This document shows positions 1 to 9,207 of a stretch of DNA of 64,000 nucleotides, in pieces (the first letter of the stretch is position 1; every line of letters starts with the position of its first letter). The position numbers and the translations under genes were made by a program. A model generated the notes under the pieces. The model did not search any database. It was not told the DNA's origin and saw only the letters and a list, made by a program, of their open reading frames with translations. Source of the stretch: Bacillota bacterium (GTDB taxonomy: Bacteria; Bacillota_I; Bacilli_A; RF39; UBA660); NCBI GenBank assembly GCA_015059405.1, contig SVAL01000001.1, forward strand, positions 72,032 to 136,031, in the 5' to 3' direction.

Positions 1-1638
1 AAGATTACTTATACTCATACTACTGAAACTGATTATGTAACATATTATTGTCATGTTAAAGATAATGCTGGTAATACCTATACTAATAATCGTAAGATTA
101 GAAAAGATTCTGTTGCTCCTACTTGTTCTTTAAAAGCTAAAAGTGCGGGGAGTTGGTTTTTTGGCTTAGGTGGAACTGATTGGACTACTACTAGTCAAAC
201 CTTTACTAAGGAAGGTGATGTAACTATTGGATGGAATTCTAAATCTGATACAACTAGTGGTATTGTTGCTTATGGATTAACAACTTCTTCGGAAGCTGAT
301 TATAATAGTACTGATGAAATAGAGTTAGTAGATGATACTGTTAATAGAATTACTTATTATGGTTATGTAAAAGATGAAGCTGGTTTAACTGGTAAATGTA
401 GTAGATCTTGGGGAAGGGATACTCAAGAACCTGCATGTGATATTAAGGTTACTTCTGGTACTCTTGGTGGAAGTAAATGGTATCGTAGTAGTGTAAACGT
501 TTCTTTTACCGCATATGATGAAAATAAAAACGCAATAAGTTGGAATAGTGATAAGATGACATTTACTGGTGGTTCTTATTCTAGTAGTACTAAAAGATAT
601 GCTTCATCTCAAGGTACGACTACATTTAAGGGGTCTTATACATTCCCTGCTGGATTCTTAAATTTAGGTTCAGAAACTGCAAATTGTAGTTTAGAAGTGA
701 AAATTGATACCGTTGCTCCTACGCTGTCTGTTTCTACGTCAAAAGCATCTTCTAAAACTAATCCTAGTTCAACTGCTGTTACAGTTTATTTAAGTGGTTC
801 TGATAGTACTAGTGGTATAAATTATTGGTATTATAAGAAAAGTGGTGCTAGTTACTGGAGTTTTATTTCTGGTTCAAAAGGTAAAACATCTTTGACGTTA
901 ACTATTGATGATGAAGGGGATAATAGTAGATATTTTAAAGTTTGTGATGTGGCTGGCAACTGTAAAGAAACTTCATCAGCTACTTCTATTTGGGTTGATT
1001 ATTCTTGTGCTCATGTTCCTGCTGGAGTGACTGGCACTTGGGGAGCTTGTAAAGCAGCGTGTGGTGCTAGTACGAAGGAAAAAACCACAACTTGGACAGG
1101 TGATACTGGAGCAACTTGTAAAAAAACAGAACCAGAAGATTGTGAGAATTATGATAATTGTAAAAATGCACATAACTTATGTAAGAATAATAGTGATTCA
1201 GCATTGTTTGGAAGTAGTATAGCTTCTAGTAGAGCTAATAGTATGAATAATTATGGTTCTTGGTCAAATGATATGGGAGCATTTACTTGTAATCGTTGTT
1301 CTAATCCTATTACTGTTTATAGTGGATATCATCGTGTTTGTAATCAAAATATTTGTTCTACGTATGGTGCTTTAGGTAAAACAGCTGATGCTTTACATAA
1401 TGAGGAAGCTTCATTCCTTGCTGGGTTGAGGCAGGATATAGCTGATGGAAAAATAAGTTCTTCTGACGTTGATTTAACTACTTATTGTAAAGCGTCTGAT
1501 GGTTGGCGTTTTTGGTGTAGTTGTAATAGTGCGGATGCAAGACAACCATTTGTTCATAAAGTTTTATCATTAAATGGTACATGTTCTTGGATGACTGAAG
1601 AAGATAAGGCTTACGATAGAAGTGGACTATGTTCTTAA
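1..1638 (+). CDS. Large secreted/surface protein, 5'-truncated by the window edge; Ig-like repeat modules followed by a Cys-rich C-terminal region
   Basis: Frame 1 is open from base 1, with no stop before the first ATG at 556; stop at 1636-1638. Module boundaries recur ('DSVAPTCS', 'DTQEPACD', 'DTVAPTLS') and each is preceded by a 'D-x-AG(N/L)' motif, as in bacterial Ig-like repeat proteins. The last ~210 aa are very Cys-rich. Confidence 0.6.
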   Translation, partial: KITYTHTTETDYVTYYCHVKDNAGNTYTNNRKIRKDSVAPTCSLKAKSAGSWFFGLGGTDWTTTSQTFTKEGDVTIGWNSKSDTTSGIVAYGLTTSSEADYNSTDEIELVDDTVNRITYYGYVKDEAGLTGKCSRSWGRDTQEPACDIKVTSGTLGGSKWYRSSVNVSFTAYDENKNAISWNSDKMTFTGGSYSSSTKRYASSQGTTTFKGSYTFPAGFLNLGSETANCSLEVKIDTVAPTLSVSTSKASSKTNPSSTAVTVYLSGSDSTSGINYWYYKKSGASYWSFISGSKGKTSLTLTIDDEGDNSRYFKVCDVAGNCKETSSATSIWVDYSCAHVPAGVTGTWGACKAACGASTKEKTTTWTGDTGATCKKTEPEDCENYDNCKNAHNLCKNNSDSALFGSSIASSRANSMNNYGSWSNDMGAFTCNRCSNPITVYSGYHRVCNQNICSTYGALGKTADALHNEEASFLAGLRQDIADGKISSSDVDLTTYCKASDGWRFWCSCNSADARQPFVHKVLSLNGTCSWMTEEDKAYDRSGLCS

Positions 1639-1652
1639 GGTGGTGAGATAAA

Positions 1653-2072
1653 ATGTCTAAAAAGAAAAAAATTTTTATTGGATTTGTAATTTTAGGTATT
1701 GTTCTTATTGGTGTTGGACTTTTCTTAATTTTTATTCAAAAGAAAGAGGAAAGTCCAGAAGTACCACCAAAAGAAGTAGAAGAACCTACGATGAAGCAAG
1801 AACATGAGTCTTATGATAAATTTGTAATGGATAATTTTGAAATTAAAGGTGACTTTGAATATGTTATAGAGTTTGATGTAACTAATAAAAATAATAGAGA
1901 TTACAAAGATGCTTATCTAATTTTAACCTTTTTAAGAGATGATGGAAGTACTATTTATTTTGTTGATATTTCTATTGGTGATATTAAGAATGGTGAAACT
2001 AAACATATTGAGTATAAAACATTTTATGATTTTACAACTGCAGCTGACTATACGTTTTATATTGAAGAATAA
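1653..2072 (+). CDS. Membrane-anchored hypothetical protein (one N-terminal TM helix)
   Basis: RBS GGTGGTGAG sits before the ATG. The N-terminus 'KKKKIFIGFVILGIVLIGVGLFLIFI' is a signal-anchor. No catalytic motif recognised. Confidence 0.55.
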   Translation: MSKKKKIFIGFVILGIVLIGVGLFLIFIQKKEESPEVPPKEVEEPTMKQEHESYDKFVMDNFEIKGDFEYVIEFDVTNKNNRDYKDAYLILTFLRDDGSTIYFVDISIGDIKNGETKHIEYKTFYDFTTAADYTFYIEE

Positions 2073-2073
2073 A

Positions 2074-2100
2074 AAAGACAGTACAATGTACTGTCTTTTA
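2074..2100. terminator. Bidirectional intrinsic terminator between convergent genes
   Basis: aaagacagtac-aat-gtactgtcttt: perfect 11-bp stem flanked by A-run and T-run. Confidence 0.7.
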
Positions 2101-2102
2101 AT

Positions 2103-3359
2103 TTAATTTTTTATAGATAAAACAAGTTGTTTTGCTTTTTCTGATTTGGGTGATGTTACCTTTAATTCTGTTAAAATATTTACTGCTTTATTTGCTTGTT
2201 GTTTATCTAAATTATTATTTCTTTGTATAGCATCTATTACATGATCGTGTAGTAGATGTTTTTCTTTTTTTGCTTGTGCAATTGCAAAACTAGTATTAAT
2301 CATTTCAAGTAGTAATCCCGGATTTTTTTGTTTAGTAATAAAATTAATACTTGTTGTTTTAGTAGTTCCAATTAATACTGTTATAATATCATCTAAATAT
2401 TCTTTTATACCATTTATATTAATACCTGTTCTTTTACTTTGATCAATAAAGGATTTTTTTGCTATTTCTATTAATTCTTCTTCAGTTGGTTCTTTTAATT
2501 CTATTACATCAAAATTATCTTTTAATAAAGAATTTTTCTTATATGTTTCTAAATCAACAGATGCGATAATTTTAATATTTTCTCTTTCTGCTGCATAACG
2601 AAGTAGAGCAATTACATTTACATTATCTTCATTTGCATCTAATATTTCATCTGCATTGTCGATATATAGAATAGCTTCTTGGTTTTTTGTATAAGTAATT
2701 ATTTCTTTTATTAGTTTATCTATATCTTTTGGTTTTTTAGCTGCTTTTATACTTGGAATATTTATTTCAAATATTTGTTTTTTTCTTAAAAAATCAGGTA
2801 CTTGATTATGTTGAATGAGATAAGCTAGTTGCTCAACTAGTGCAGTTTTCCCTGTACCATTTTCTCCAGTTATTAAAGTTATTTTTTTATTCATTGCTAT
2901 TGAAATCATTAATGTTTCTAGTTCTTTGTCTTTTAAGTAACTAGGAGGTGTTGTAAATGCTTTTTTATTTAAAATAGTTATTTCTTGAGGTTCATCTAAT
3001 TTTAATTTTTCTATTGTCATTACATAACCATTTTCATCGTTTAAAGCATTATATATTCCAATTAGTTCACTTTTAGTGGCATAACCATTTTGTAGTAATT
3101 TATCTTTAAATGTACTAGGTTTAAATACTGATATTAAAGATACTGGATTAAATGCTACAGTTTCACCTACGTTAGAGCGATAATCATTACTTAATCTATA
3201 ACTATTATTAGTAAAGATATCAGTATACCAATAATGATCATATGAATCTTTTTTTCTTTTACATATAATAGTTTCTTTAGCATATGTAGTATTACTTGAC
3301 TTTACTCCTATATGTACTACAAAAAGATTATCTATTTTGTATTTTTCTTCTCTTGGCAT
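2103..3359 (-). CDS. AAA+ ATPase with a ClpA/B D1-like P-loop domain and an unknown N-terminal domain
   Basis: Walker A 'ITGENGTGKTALVEQLAYLI' followed by 'QVPDFLRKKQIFEINI' resembles Clp/Hsp100 D1. Walker B-like 'ILYIDNADEIL'. Confidence 0.65.
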   Translation of the reverse strand: MPREEKYKIDNLFVVHIGVKSSNTTYAKETIICKRKKDSYDHYWYTDIFTNNSYRLSNDYRSNVGETVAFNPVSLISVFKPSTFKDKLLQNGYATKSELIGIYNALNDENGYVMTIEKLKLDEPQEITILNKKAFTTPPSYLKDKELETLMISIAMNKKITLITGENGTGKTALVEQLAYLIQHNQVPDFLRKKQIFEINIPSIKAAKKPKDIDKLIKEIITYTKNQEAILYIDNADEILDANEDNVNVIALLRYAAERENIKIIASVDLETYKKNSLLKDNFDVIELKEPTEEELIEIAKKSFIDQSKRTGININGIKEYLDDIITVLIGTTKTTSINFITKQKNPGLLLEMINTSFAIAQAKKEKHLLHDHVIDAIQRNNNLDKQQANKAVNILTELKVTSPKSEKAKQLVLSIKN

Positions 3360-3408
3360 TTATTTCACCTCTTTAATAGTCGTATTTATTATTATATATT
3401 ATTATTTA

Positions 3409-4674
3409 TTAATAGTTAACTCTTTTTAAGTATTTTAAAAATGTTTTTCGTTTTTGTTTTTCTTCTAAGTTTTTAAATCTTTCTTTTATTTCTTCTTTTG
3501 TTTTTGGATCCATATTGATATTTTTTTGATCTAATGCTTCAATAAAATCTTTTTTACTTATTACTTTATCTTTTTTTCTTTTAATATTTTTACTACTTGA
3601 TATTAGAAAAGCATTATATATTATTTGCATTCCTAATTTTGGGTTTTTAGTTGTATTTGTCATATTATTACTACTTATTTTATCTAGATCTATTAATATA
3701 TCAATTATGTCTTCTTTTGAATAATTTATTTTATATTTTTTGTCTTTTTCTATTTTATTTAAATAAAATTCAAAAATACTTCTTTTTATATATTCTTTTG
3801 TTTCTGTTACTTCTATATATCTATATTTAGAATTATTTAAATCTATATCTTTTTTCTTTGAAGCAACTAGTACTAAACCTATATTTTCATCTTTTGATAA
3901 TGTAGTTAGTGTTTCTAAAAAGAAAGTATCTTTCATATCAATATTATCTATTACTAATAGGTTACAATTAATGTTTTTTAAGAACTCTAGTGCTTTTTTT
4001 ATTCTATTTTTTACGTGTTTAATAGTTTTTGTTTTATTTAACATTTCTAAATAATCCATCATAAAAATTTTGTTTATATCAATATATGTACTATCATTTT
4101 TAGCATAATATAATAGTTTATCTACTAGTGTTGTTTTACCAATACCATTATCTCCATAAATTACAACTGGTTTTGGATTTGTTCTAATTGATGCGATTAG
4201 TTCAGTTAATTCATTTTCTTCTTCATCTAATAGAGGTATAATCCATTCATATGTTTTAGCATAAGTAGGTGCTTTATATTCTGCTCCTTCATATTTCCAA
4301 GTATATGTTTCATATTCAGTATCAGTATTTAAATCATTATAAAGATCTATTAAATCAAAATTAGTTATAAATCCATCTCTTAATATAGTATTTTTTCTTT
4401 CTTCTGGAAGAAGAGAAGTTAAAGTAAATATTTTGATAGGTTTTATTTCATTTGTATCGTTTGGAATATAATTATTTTTAGTTAATAAATCAAGATAATA
4501 GACATTACCATTTTCATCTGTTTCTTTTTTACATATAGATACTTCTATTATGTCTTTATCATCACCTATATATATGGCATATAAATCTTTAAGTGGATAT
4601 TCAATTTTCTTTTTTCCTCTAGGATTTTCGAATGGTTCGAAAATAATATCTTTATTGGGAATTGACATAAGCAT
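3409..4674 (-). CDS. AAA+ ATPase, tandem paralog of 2103-3359
   Basis: Walker A 'IYGDNGIGKTTLVDKLLYY' and Walker B-like 'LLVIDNIDMKD'. Same length class as its neighbour, and the N-terminal motifs are colinear (e.g. 'RDGFITNFDLIDLYNDLN' versus 'QNGYATKSELIGIYNALN'). Confidence 0.65.
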   Translation of the reverse strand: MLMSIPNKDIIFEPFENPRGKKKIEYPLKDLYAIYIGDDKDIIEVSICKKETDENGNVYYLDLLTKNNYIPNDTNEIKPIKIFTLTSLLPEERKNTILRDGFITNFDLIDLYNDLNTDTEYETYTWKYEGAEYKAPTYAKTYEWIIPLLDEEENELTELIASIRTNPKPVVIYGDNGIGKTTLVDKLLYYAKNDSTYIDINKIFMMDYLEMLNKTKTIKHVKNRIKKALEFLKNINCNLLVIDNIDMKDTFFLETLTTLSKDENIGLVLVASKKKDIDLNNSKYRYIEVTETKEYIKRSIFEFYLNKIEKDKKYKINYSKEDIIDILIDLDKISSNNMTNTTKNPKLGMQIIYNAFLISSSKNIKRKKDKVISKKDFIEALDQKNINMDPKTKEEIKERFKNLEEKQKRKTFLKYLKRVNY

Positions 4675-4752
4675 ATAAACACCTCTTTTGTAAGTTTATA
4701 TTATAATATATTTAAAAAAATATTTAAAGAAATATTTAATATTTTAAGGATG

Positions 4753-4761
4753 TGTTATAAT
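4753..4761 (+). promoter_or_regulatory. Extended -10 promoter element (TGTTATAAT) for tcdA
   Basis: Matches TGnTATAAT and lies ~20 nt upstream of the RBS/ATG at 4782. Confidence 0.4.
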
Positions 4762-4781
4762 CAGTTTAGAGGTGAAGGAGT

Positions 4782-5495
4782 ATGAATCAATTTTCTAGAA
4801 GTGAATTATTATTAGGTAGAGAAGTTATGGCTAATTTAAGTAGAATGAAAATTCTTATTTTTGGTATTGGTGGTGTTGGCTCGTATGTTTGTGAGGCTTT
4901 AGTTAGAAGTGGAGTTAAGAATTTTGTTTTGGTTGATAGTGATAAGATTTCTCTTACTAATGTTAATAGACAGATTCATGCTACTTTAAAAACTGTTGGT
5001 AGAAGTAAAGTAGAAGTTATGAAAGAAAGAATGCTAGAGATTAATCCAGAGTGTAATATTACTATTTTTGAAGAGTTTTATTTACCTGATAATCATTCAA
5101 ATATTATTAATGATGATATAGATTATATAGTTGATGCGATCGATACTATCTCTGCTAAAATAGATATTATTGTTGAAGCTAAAAAGAAAAATATTCCTAT
5201 TATTTCAGCAATGGGAGCAGGTAATAAATTTGATCCAACAAGATTTGAAGTTACTGATATTTATAAGACTAGTGTTTGTCCACTGGCAAAGGTTATGAGA
5301 AGGGAATTAAAGAAAAGAAAAATTACTTCATTAAAAGTTGTTTATTCTAAAGAAGAACCTATTGAGATTTTAGATTATTCTTGTTGTATAGAAGATATGG
5401 ATAAAAAACGTGTTCCTGGTTCTTTAGCTTTTGTTCCTTCTAGTATGGGACTTATTATTGCTAGTGAAATAGTAAAAGATGTTATAAATAAATAG
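4782..5495 (+). CDS. tcdA: tRNA threonylcarbamoyladenosine dehydratase (ThiF/MoeB-fold, TcdA/CsdL family)
   Basis: 'ILIFGIGGVGSYVCEALVRSGV...LVDSDKISLTNVNRQIHA' and 'DYIVDAIDT' are colinear with E. coli TcdA. Strong RBS GGTGAAGGAG. Confidence 0.8.
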   Translation: MNQFSRSELLLGREVMANLSRMKILIFGIGGVGSYVCEALVRSGVKNFVLVDSDKISLTNVNRQIHATLKTVGRSKVEVMKERMLEINPECNITIFEEFYLPDNHSNIINDDIDYIVDAIDTISAKIDIIVEAKKKNIPIISAMGAGNKFDPTRFEVTDIYKTSVCPLAKVMRRELKKRKITSLKVVYSKEEPIEILDYSCCIEDMDKKRVPGSLAFVPSSMGLIIASEIVKDVINK

Positions 5496-5563
5496 TTTTC
5501 TTATTGATATTTTTATGATATAATATGGAGACTTTTAAGAATTAAAAAGAAAAGGGTGATATT

Positions 5564-6907
5564 ATGAATTTAAAAGAATTTAGAAATTTATTAGAAGAAA
5601 AGAAATTTGGAGAAATTAAAGCTTTATATAAAGAAATGAATGAATTTGATATATCGGTATTAATAGGGGATTTACCAATTAATCTCTTAAAACAAGCTTT
5701 TAGATTATTACCAAAAGATATAGCTAGTGATGTTTTTTCTAATTTTGATATAGATTTACAACAAGATTTAATTGTTGCTTTAACTACTAAAGAAGCAACT
5801 GATATTATTGAAGATATGTATAGTGATGATGCTGCGGATTTATTTGAAGAAATGAGTGCAGGGGTAGTTCAAAAGATGCTTAGTAAAGTTGATAAGAGTG
5901 TAAGAGATGATATTAATGCACTTTTAAAATATCCTAAGAATTCAGCAGGATCTTTAATGACTGTTGAATATATTCATTTGAAAAAGGGTCTTACTATTAA
6001 AGAATCAATAGAAAGAATTAGAAAACAAGCTGATGAAATAGTTAGTTTTGATAATTGTTTTGTTACTGATAATAAAAGAAAGTTATTAGGTACTGTTTCT
6101 GTTAAGGATTTACTTATTAATAATCCTTTTGAACTTATAGATGATATTATGGAAGAATGTGAACATCCAATTACTACTTTAATGGATCAAGAAGATGTTG
6201 TTAAAGTCTTCCAAGATTATAATTATAATGTTTTACCAGTTGTAGATAGTGAAGGTTTACTTGTAGGTATTATTACAATAGATGATGTTATGGATATTAT
6301 GGAACAAGAAGCAAGTGAAGATATGGAGTTAATTGCAGGGGTAATACCAACAGAAGCTGAGGTTCCATATTTAAAACAAAGTATTTGGAGTATTTATAAA
6401 AGTAGAATGCCTTGGTTGTTATTTTTAATGATTAGTTCAATTTTTACTGGAAAGATTATTTCTAGTTATGAAAATGCTTTAGGTACATATGTTATTTTAA
6501 CAGCGTTTATTCCAATGATAATGGGGACAGGTGGTAATGCTGGTAGTCAGGCATCTGTTACTATTATTCGTGCTTTATCTTTAGATGAAGTTAATTTTAA
6601 GGATTTATTTCGTGTTATTTGGAAAGAACTTCGTATATCATTTATTTGTGGTCTTACTTTAGCATTTTGTAATTTCTTAAAACTAATTTGTATTGATAGT
6701 ATTGCAATGGATGTGTCTTTAGTTATTTCTATTACATTAGTTTTAACTATTTTCTTAGCTAAAGTAATTGGTTCTATTTTACCAATATTTGCAGAAAAGT
6801 TTAAAATGGATCCAGCTGTTATGGCAAGTCCTTTAATTACTACTATTGTTGATGCAGGTAGTTTAATGATATATTTTAAAATTGCTTGTATCTTATTAAA
6901 TATTTAG
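5564..6907 (+). CDS. mgtE: Magnesium transporter MgtE
   Basis: Has the MgtE N-domain, tandem CBS region and C-terminal TM domain with 'MGTGGNAGSQASVTIIRAL'. Confidence 0.9.
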   Translation: MNLKEFRNLLEEKKFGEIKALYKEMNEFDISVLIGDLPINLLKQAFRLLPKDIASDVFSNFDIDLQQDLIVALTTKEATDIIEDMYSDDAADLFEEMSAGVVQKMLSKVDKSVRDDINALLKYPKNSAGSLMTVEYIHLKKGLTIKESIERIRKQADEIVSFDNCFVTDNKRKLLGTVSVKDLLINNPFELIDDIMEECEHPITTLMDQEDVVKVFQDYNYNVLPVVDSEGLLVGIITIDDVMDIMEQEASEDMELIAGVIPTEAEVPYLKQSIWSIYKSRMPWLLFLMISSIFTGKIISSYENALGTYVILTAFIPMIMGTGGNAGSQASVTIIRALSLDEVNFKDLFRVIWKELRISFICGLTLAFCNFLKLICIDSIAMDVSLVISITLVLTIFLAKVIGSILPIFAEKFKMDPAVMASPLITTIVDAGSLMIYFKIACILLNI

Positions 6908-6954
6908 AAACTTTTACTTACATAAAAAATTTAAAAATGATATAATTTATATGT

Positions 6955-6996
6955 AACGAGTAGCTATAGGCGTAAGTCCAGTTACTCGTTTTCTTT
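6955..6996 (+). terminator. Stem-loop plus T-rich tail downstream of mgtE
   Basis: aacgagtagc / gttactcgtt forms a 10-bp stem (one G-T pair) with a 16-nt loop, followed by ttctttat. An extended -10 (TGATATAAT, 6938-6946) lies just upstream, so the hairpin could instead be the 5' end of the next transcript. Confidence 0.45.
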
Positions 6997-7034
6997 ATAT
7001 AAGATGGTAATATGTTTAGATTAGGTGAGATAGT

Positions 7035-7250
7035 ATGAGAGGTATTAATTTAGATGATAATATTATTAAATTAGGACTTGATGATAAGATAATTGGTATT
7101 TTTAAAGATAATAATATAAATACTATTGATGATTTATGGAGTTTAAAAAGAAAAGATTTAAAGGATATGAATTTTTCTTCTGAACAAATTAATCATGTAA
7201 TTATTAAGATGCAGTTAAAAGGAATAGATTTAAATAGAAAAAAGTATTAG
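7035..7250 (+). CDS. Small hypothetical protein (71 aa), possibly helix-hairpin-helix-like
   Basis: RBS AGGTGAG. 'INTIDDLWSLKRKDLKDMNFSSEQINHVIIKMQLKGIDL' loosely resembles the RNA polymerase alpha-CTD / HhH fold. Followed by the hairpin gtaatc-gtag-gattac plus a T-run. Confidence 0.4.
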   Translation: MRGINLDDNIIKLGLDDKIIGIFKDNNINTIDDLWSLKRKDLKDMNFSSEQINHVIIKMQLKGIDLNRKKY

Positions 7251-7303
7251 TAATCGTAGGATTACTTTTTTTATTGTGTTATAATTAATAATAGGTGAAG
7301 AGT

Positions 7304-8065
7304 ATGATAGAGGTTAAAGATATAAAGAAGAAATTTATTAAAGATATGCCAGGTAAAAAGAAAGAAGAGTTTTATGCGAATAAGGGTATTAGTTTTTCTG
7401 CTTCTGAAGGGGAAGTTGTTGGAGTACTTGGTCCTAATGGTGCAGGAAAAACAACTCTTTTAAGAATTATTGCTGGTATTATGGAATCAACTAGTGGTGA
7501 AATTGTTATAGATAATATGACATATAAAAAGAATGATTTAGATATAAAAAGAAAGATAGCTTTTTTATCAGGTAATACTAAATTATATAAAGATATATCA
7601 CCGGTTGAATTACTTCGTATGTGTGGTGAGTATTATGATGTAAAAAAAGATGAACTTGATAAAAGAATTGAATCAATTATAGATAGATTTGATATGTCTT
7701 TTTTTAAAAATCAAAAAATATCTGATTTATCAACTGGTCAAACTCAAAGAGTTGGAATAGCTAGATGTTTAGTACATGATCCTAAATATTATATTTTAGA
7801 TGAGCCTACTAGTGGTTTGGATATTATTTCTAGTCAAGTTATATTAGATTTTATTAAAGAGGAAAAGAAAAATAAAAAATGTGTTTTGTATTCAACACAT
7901 TATATGGAAGAAGCAGAAAATATTTGTGATAGAGTTATATTAATACATAAAGGTAAAGTTATAGCAACTGGTACTCCTAAAGAGATAGAAAAAAATACTA
8001 AGACAACAAATTTAAGAGATGCTTTCTTTGAATTAATAGGAGGTGTAGAAAATGAGATGGAATAA
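7304..8065 (+). CDS. natA: ABC transporter ATP-binding protein (NatA-like)
   Basis: Walker A 'GPNGAGKTT', signature 'LSTGQTQRVGIARCL', Walker B 'YYILDEPTSGLD'. Start moved to the ATG at 7304, behind RBS AGGTGA; the track's 7295 is a GTG inside that RBS. Extended -10 TGTTATAAT at 7277-7285. Confidence 0.8.
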   Translation: MIEVKDIKKKFIKDMPGKKKEEFYANKGISFSASEGEVVGVLGPNGAGKTTLLRIIAGIMESTSGEIVIDNMTYKKNDLDIKRKIAFLSGNTKLYKDISPVELLRMCGEYYDVKKDELDKRIESIIDRFDMSFFKNQKISDLSTGQTQRVGIARCLVHDPKYYILDEPTSGLDIISSQVILDFIKEEKKNKKCVLYSTHYMEEAENICDRVILIHKGKVIATGTPKEIEKNTKTTNLRDAFFELIGGVENEME

Positions 8066-9200
8066 AATATTTTTAACAATAAAAAAAGAGTTAAGAGCAA
8101 TTGTTAGAGATAAAAAATCTTTTATGCAAATTTTGGCAATGCCTTTTATTATTCCTTTTATGGTTTTTTTAATGGGATTTTTATATGATTTTATGATGAA
8201 TGAAGAACAATTTAAATATACTATTGGTACTAATTATGAACTTAATAGTAATGAAGAGGGTATTGTTAGTGAGTTAGGTCTAGATGTTATTGTTTATAAG
8301 TCTAAAGAAGAGATGGATAAAGCTTATGAAGATGGTGAAATAGTTGCGTATATTAATTTAGAAAATAATATGTATTTTATTAGTTCTAATTTAAATGATG
8401 CAGATAGTGCAACTGCAGGTAGTTATATTGAAGCTTATCTTTCTAGTTATAACAATTTTTTAGCTGAAAATTATTTAATGAGTGAAGATATAGAACCTAG
8501 TGAAGTATTTAATATTATTAATTATGAAATTATTGAACTTGAAGGTGATAATTTCTTAGTAGAAATGATTTCTGATATGGCACTTCCTTATGTAATTGTT
8601 GTTATTGTATTAGTTGCTGCTACTTGTACTACTGATTTAACAGCAGGAGAAAAAGAAAGAGGAACACTTGAAACTTTACTTACATTTCCAGTTAAAAGTA
8701 GTGAAATAGTAATGGGTAAATTTTTAGGTATTACTTCTATGGCGTTTTTTAGTGGTGTATTCAGTTTTGTTTTAGCTCTAGCTTCTCTTGGTATATCTAC
8801 TCATTTGTTTGATTGTTTTGAAGGTTATGCTTTTAGTATAGGAGTAGATAAAGTTATTATGGCAGTCGTTATTATTTGTGCTGTTTCTTTAATTGTTTCT
8901 GGTTTATCTATTGCGATAGGTAGTAAAGCAAAGAGTTTTAAAGAAGCACAAAGTGCATTACAACCAATTCAATTTTTAGGTATGATTCCTTTATTTTTAC
9001 CAATGTTTGAAGTTGAAAATTCACTTATTATTTCTATAATACCATTAGTAGGACAAGGAATGCTTTTAAATGAATTATTTAGTATGGGTGTAAATTATTT
9101 ATATGTTATTTCTTCATTTATTTCTTCTATTATTTTTATAGTTTTAGTTATTGCAATTATTTCAAAGCAATATAAGTCAGAGAAAGTATTATTCTTTTAG
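8052..9200 (+). CDS. natB: ABC-2 type permease (NatB-like)
   Basis: Overlaps natA by 14 nt, suggesting translational coupling. 'TAGEKERGTLETLLTFPVKSSEIVMGKFL' is the ABC-2/NatB signature. Multiple TM segments. Confidence 0.75.
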   Translation: MRWNKIFLTIKKELRAIVRDKKSFMQILAMPFIIPFMVFLMGFLYDFMMNEEQFKYTIGTNYELNSNEEGIVSELGLDVIVYKSKEEMDKAYEDGEIVAYINLENNMYFISSNLNDADSATAGSYIEAYLSSYNNFLAENYLMSEDIEPSEVFNIINYEIIELEGDNFLVEMISDMALPYVIVVIVLVAATCTTDLTAGEKERGTLETLLTFPVKSSEIVMGKFLGITSMAFFSGVFSFVLALASLGISTHLFDCFEGYAFSIGVDKVIMAVVIICAVSLIVSGLSIAIGSKAKSFKEAQSALQPIQFLGMIPLFLPMFEVENSLIISIIPLVGQGMLLNELFSMGVNYLYVISSFISSIIFIVLVIAIISKQYKSEKVLFF

Positions 9201-9207
9201 GTGATGT

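Noticed and set aside
976-1173. Short antisense or overlapping ORFs in the track: 976-1173(-), 7900-8100(-), 9541-9747(-), 11289-11498(-), 18655-18867(+), 18846-19142(+), 19852-20073(-), 26337-26543(-), 32393-32581(-), 32855-33061(-), 37203-37397(-), 41465-41707(-), 52938-53138(-), 61053-61325(-), 61429-61650(-), 63077-63286(+).
   Set aside because: Each lies inside, and opposite to or out of frame with, a much longer ORF that has recognisable motifs or an RBS. Their products are low-complexity I/F/L/S/K-rich strings, as expected from AT-rich antisense sequence, and none has an RBS.
5496-5563. M-box (Mg2+) riboswitch upstream of mgtE.
   Set aside because: The intergenic region is only 68 nt, and an extended -10 at 5516-5524 leaves a ~35-nt leader. 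That is far too short for an M-box, and no conserved M-box helices are seen.
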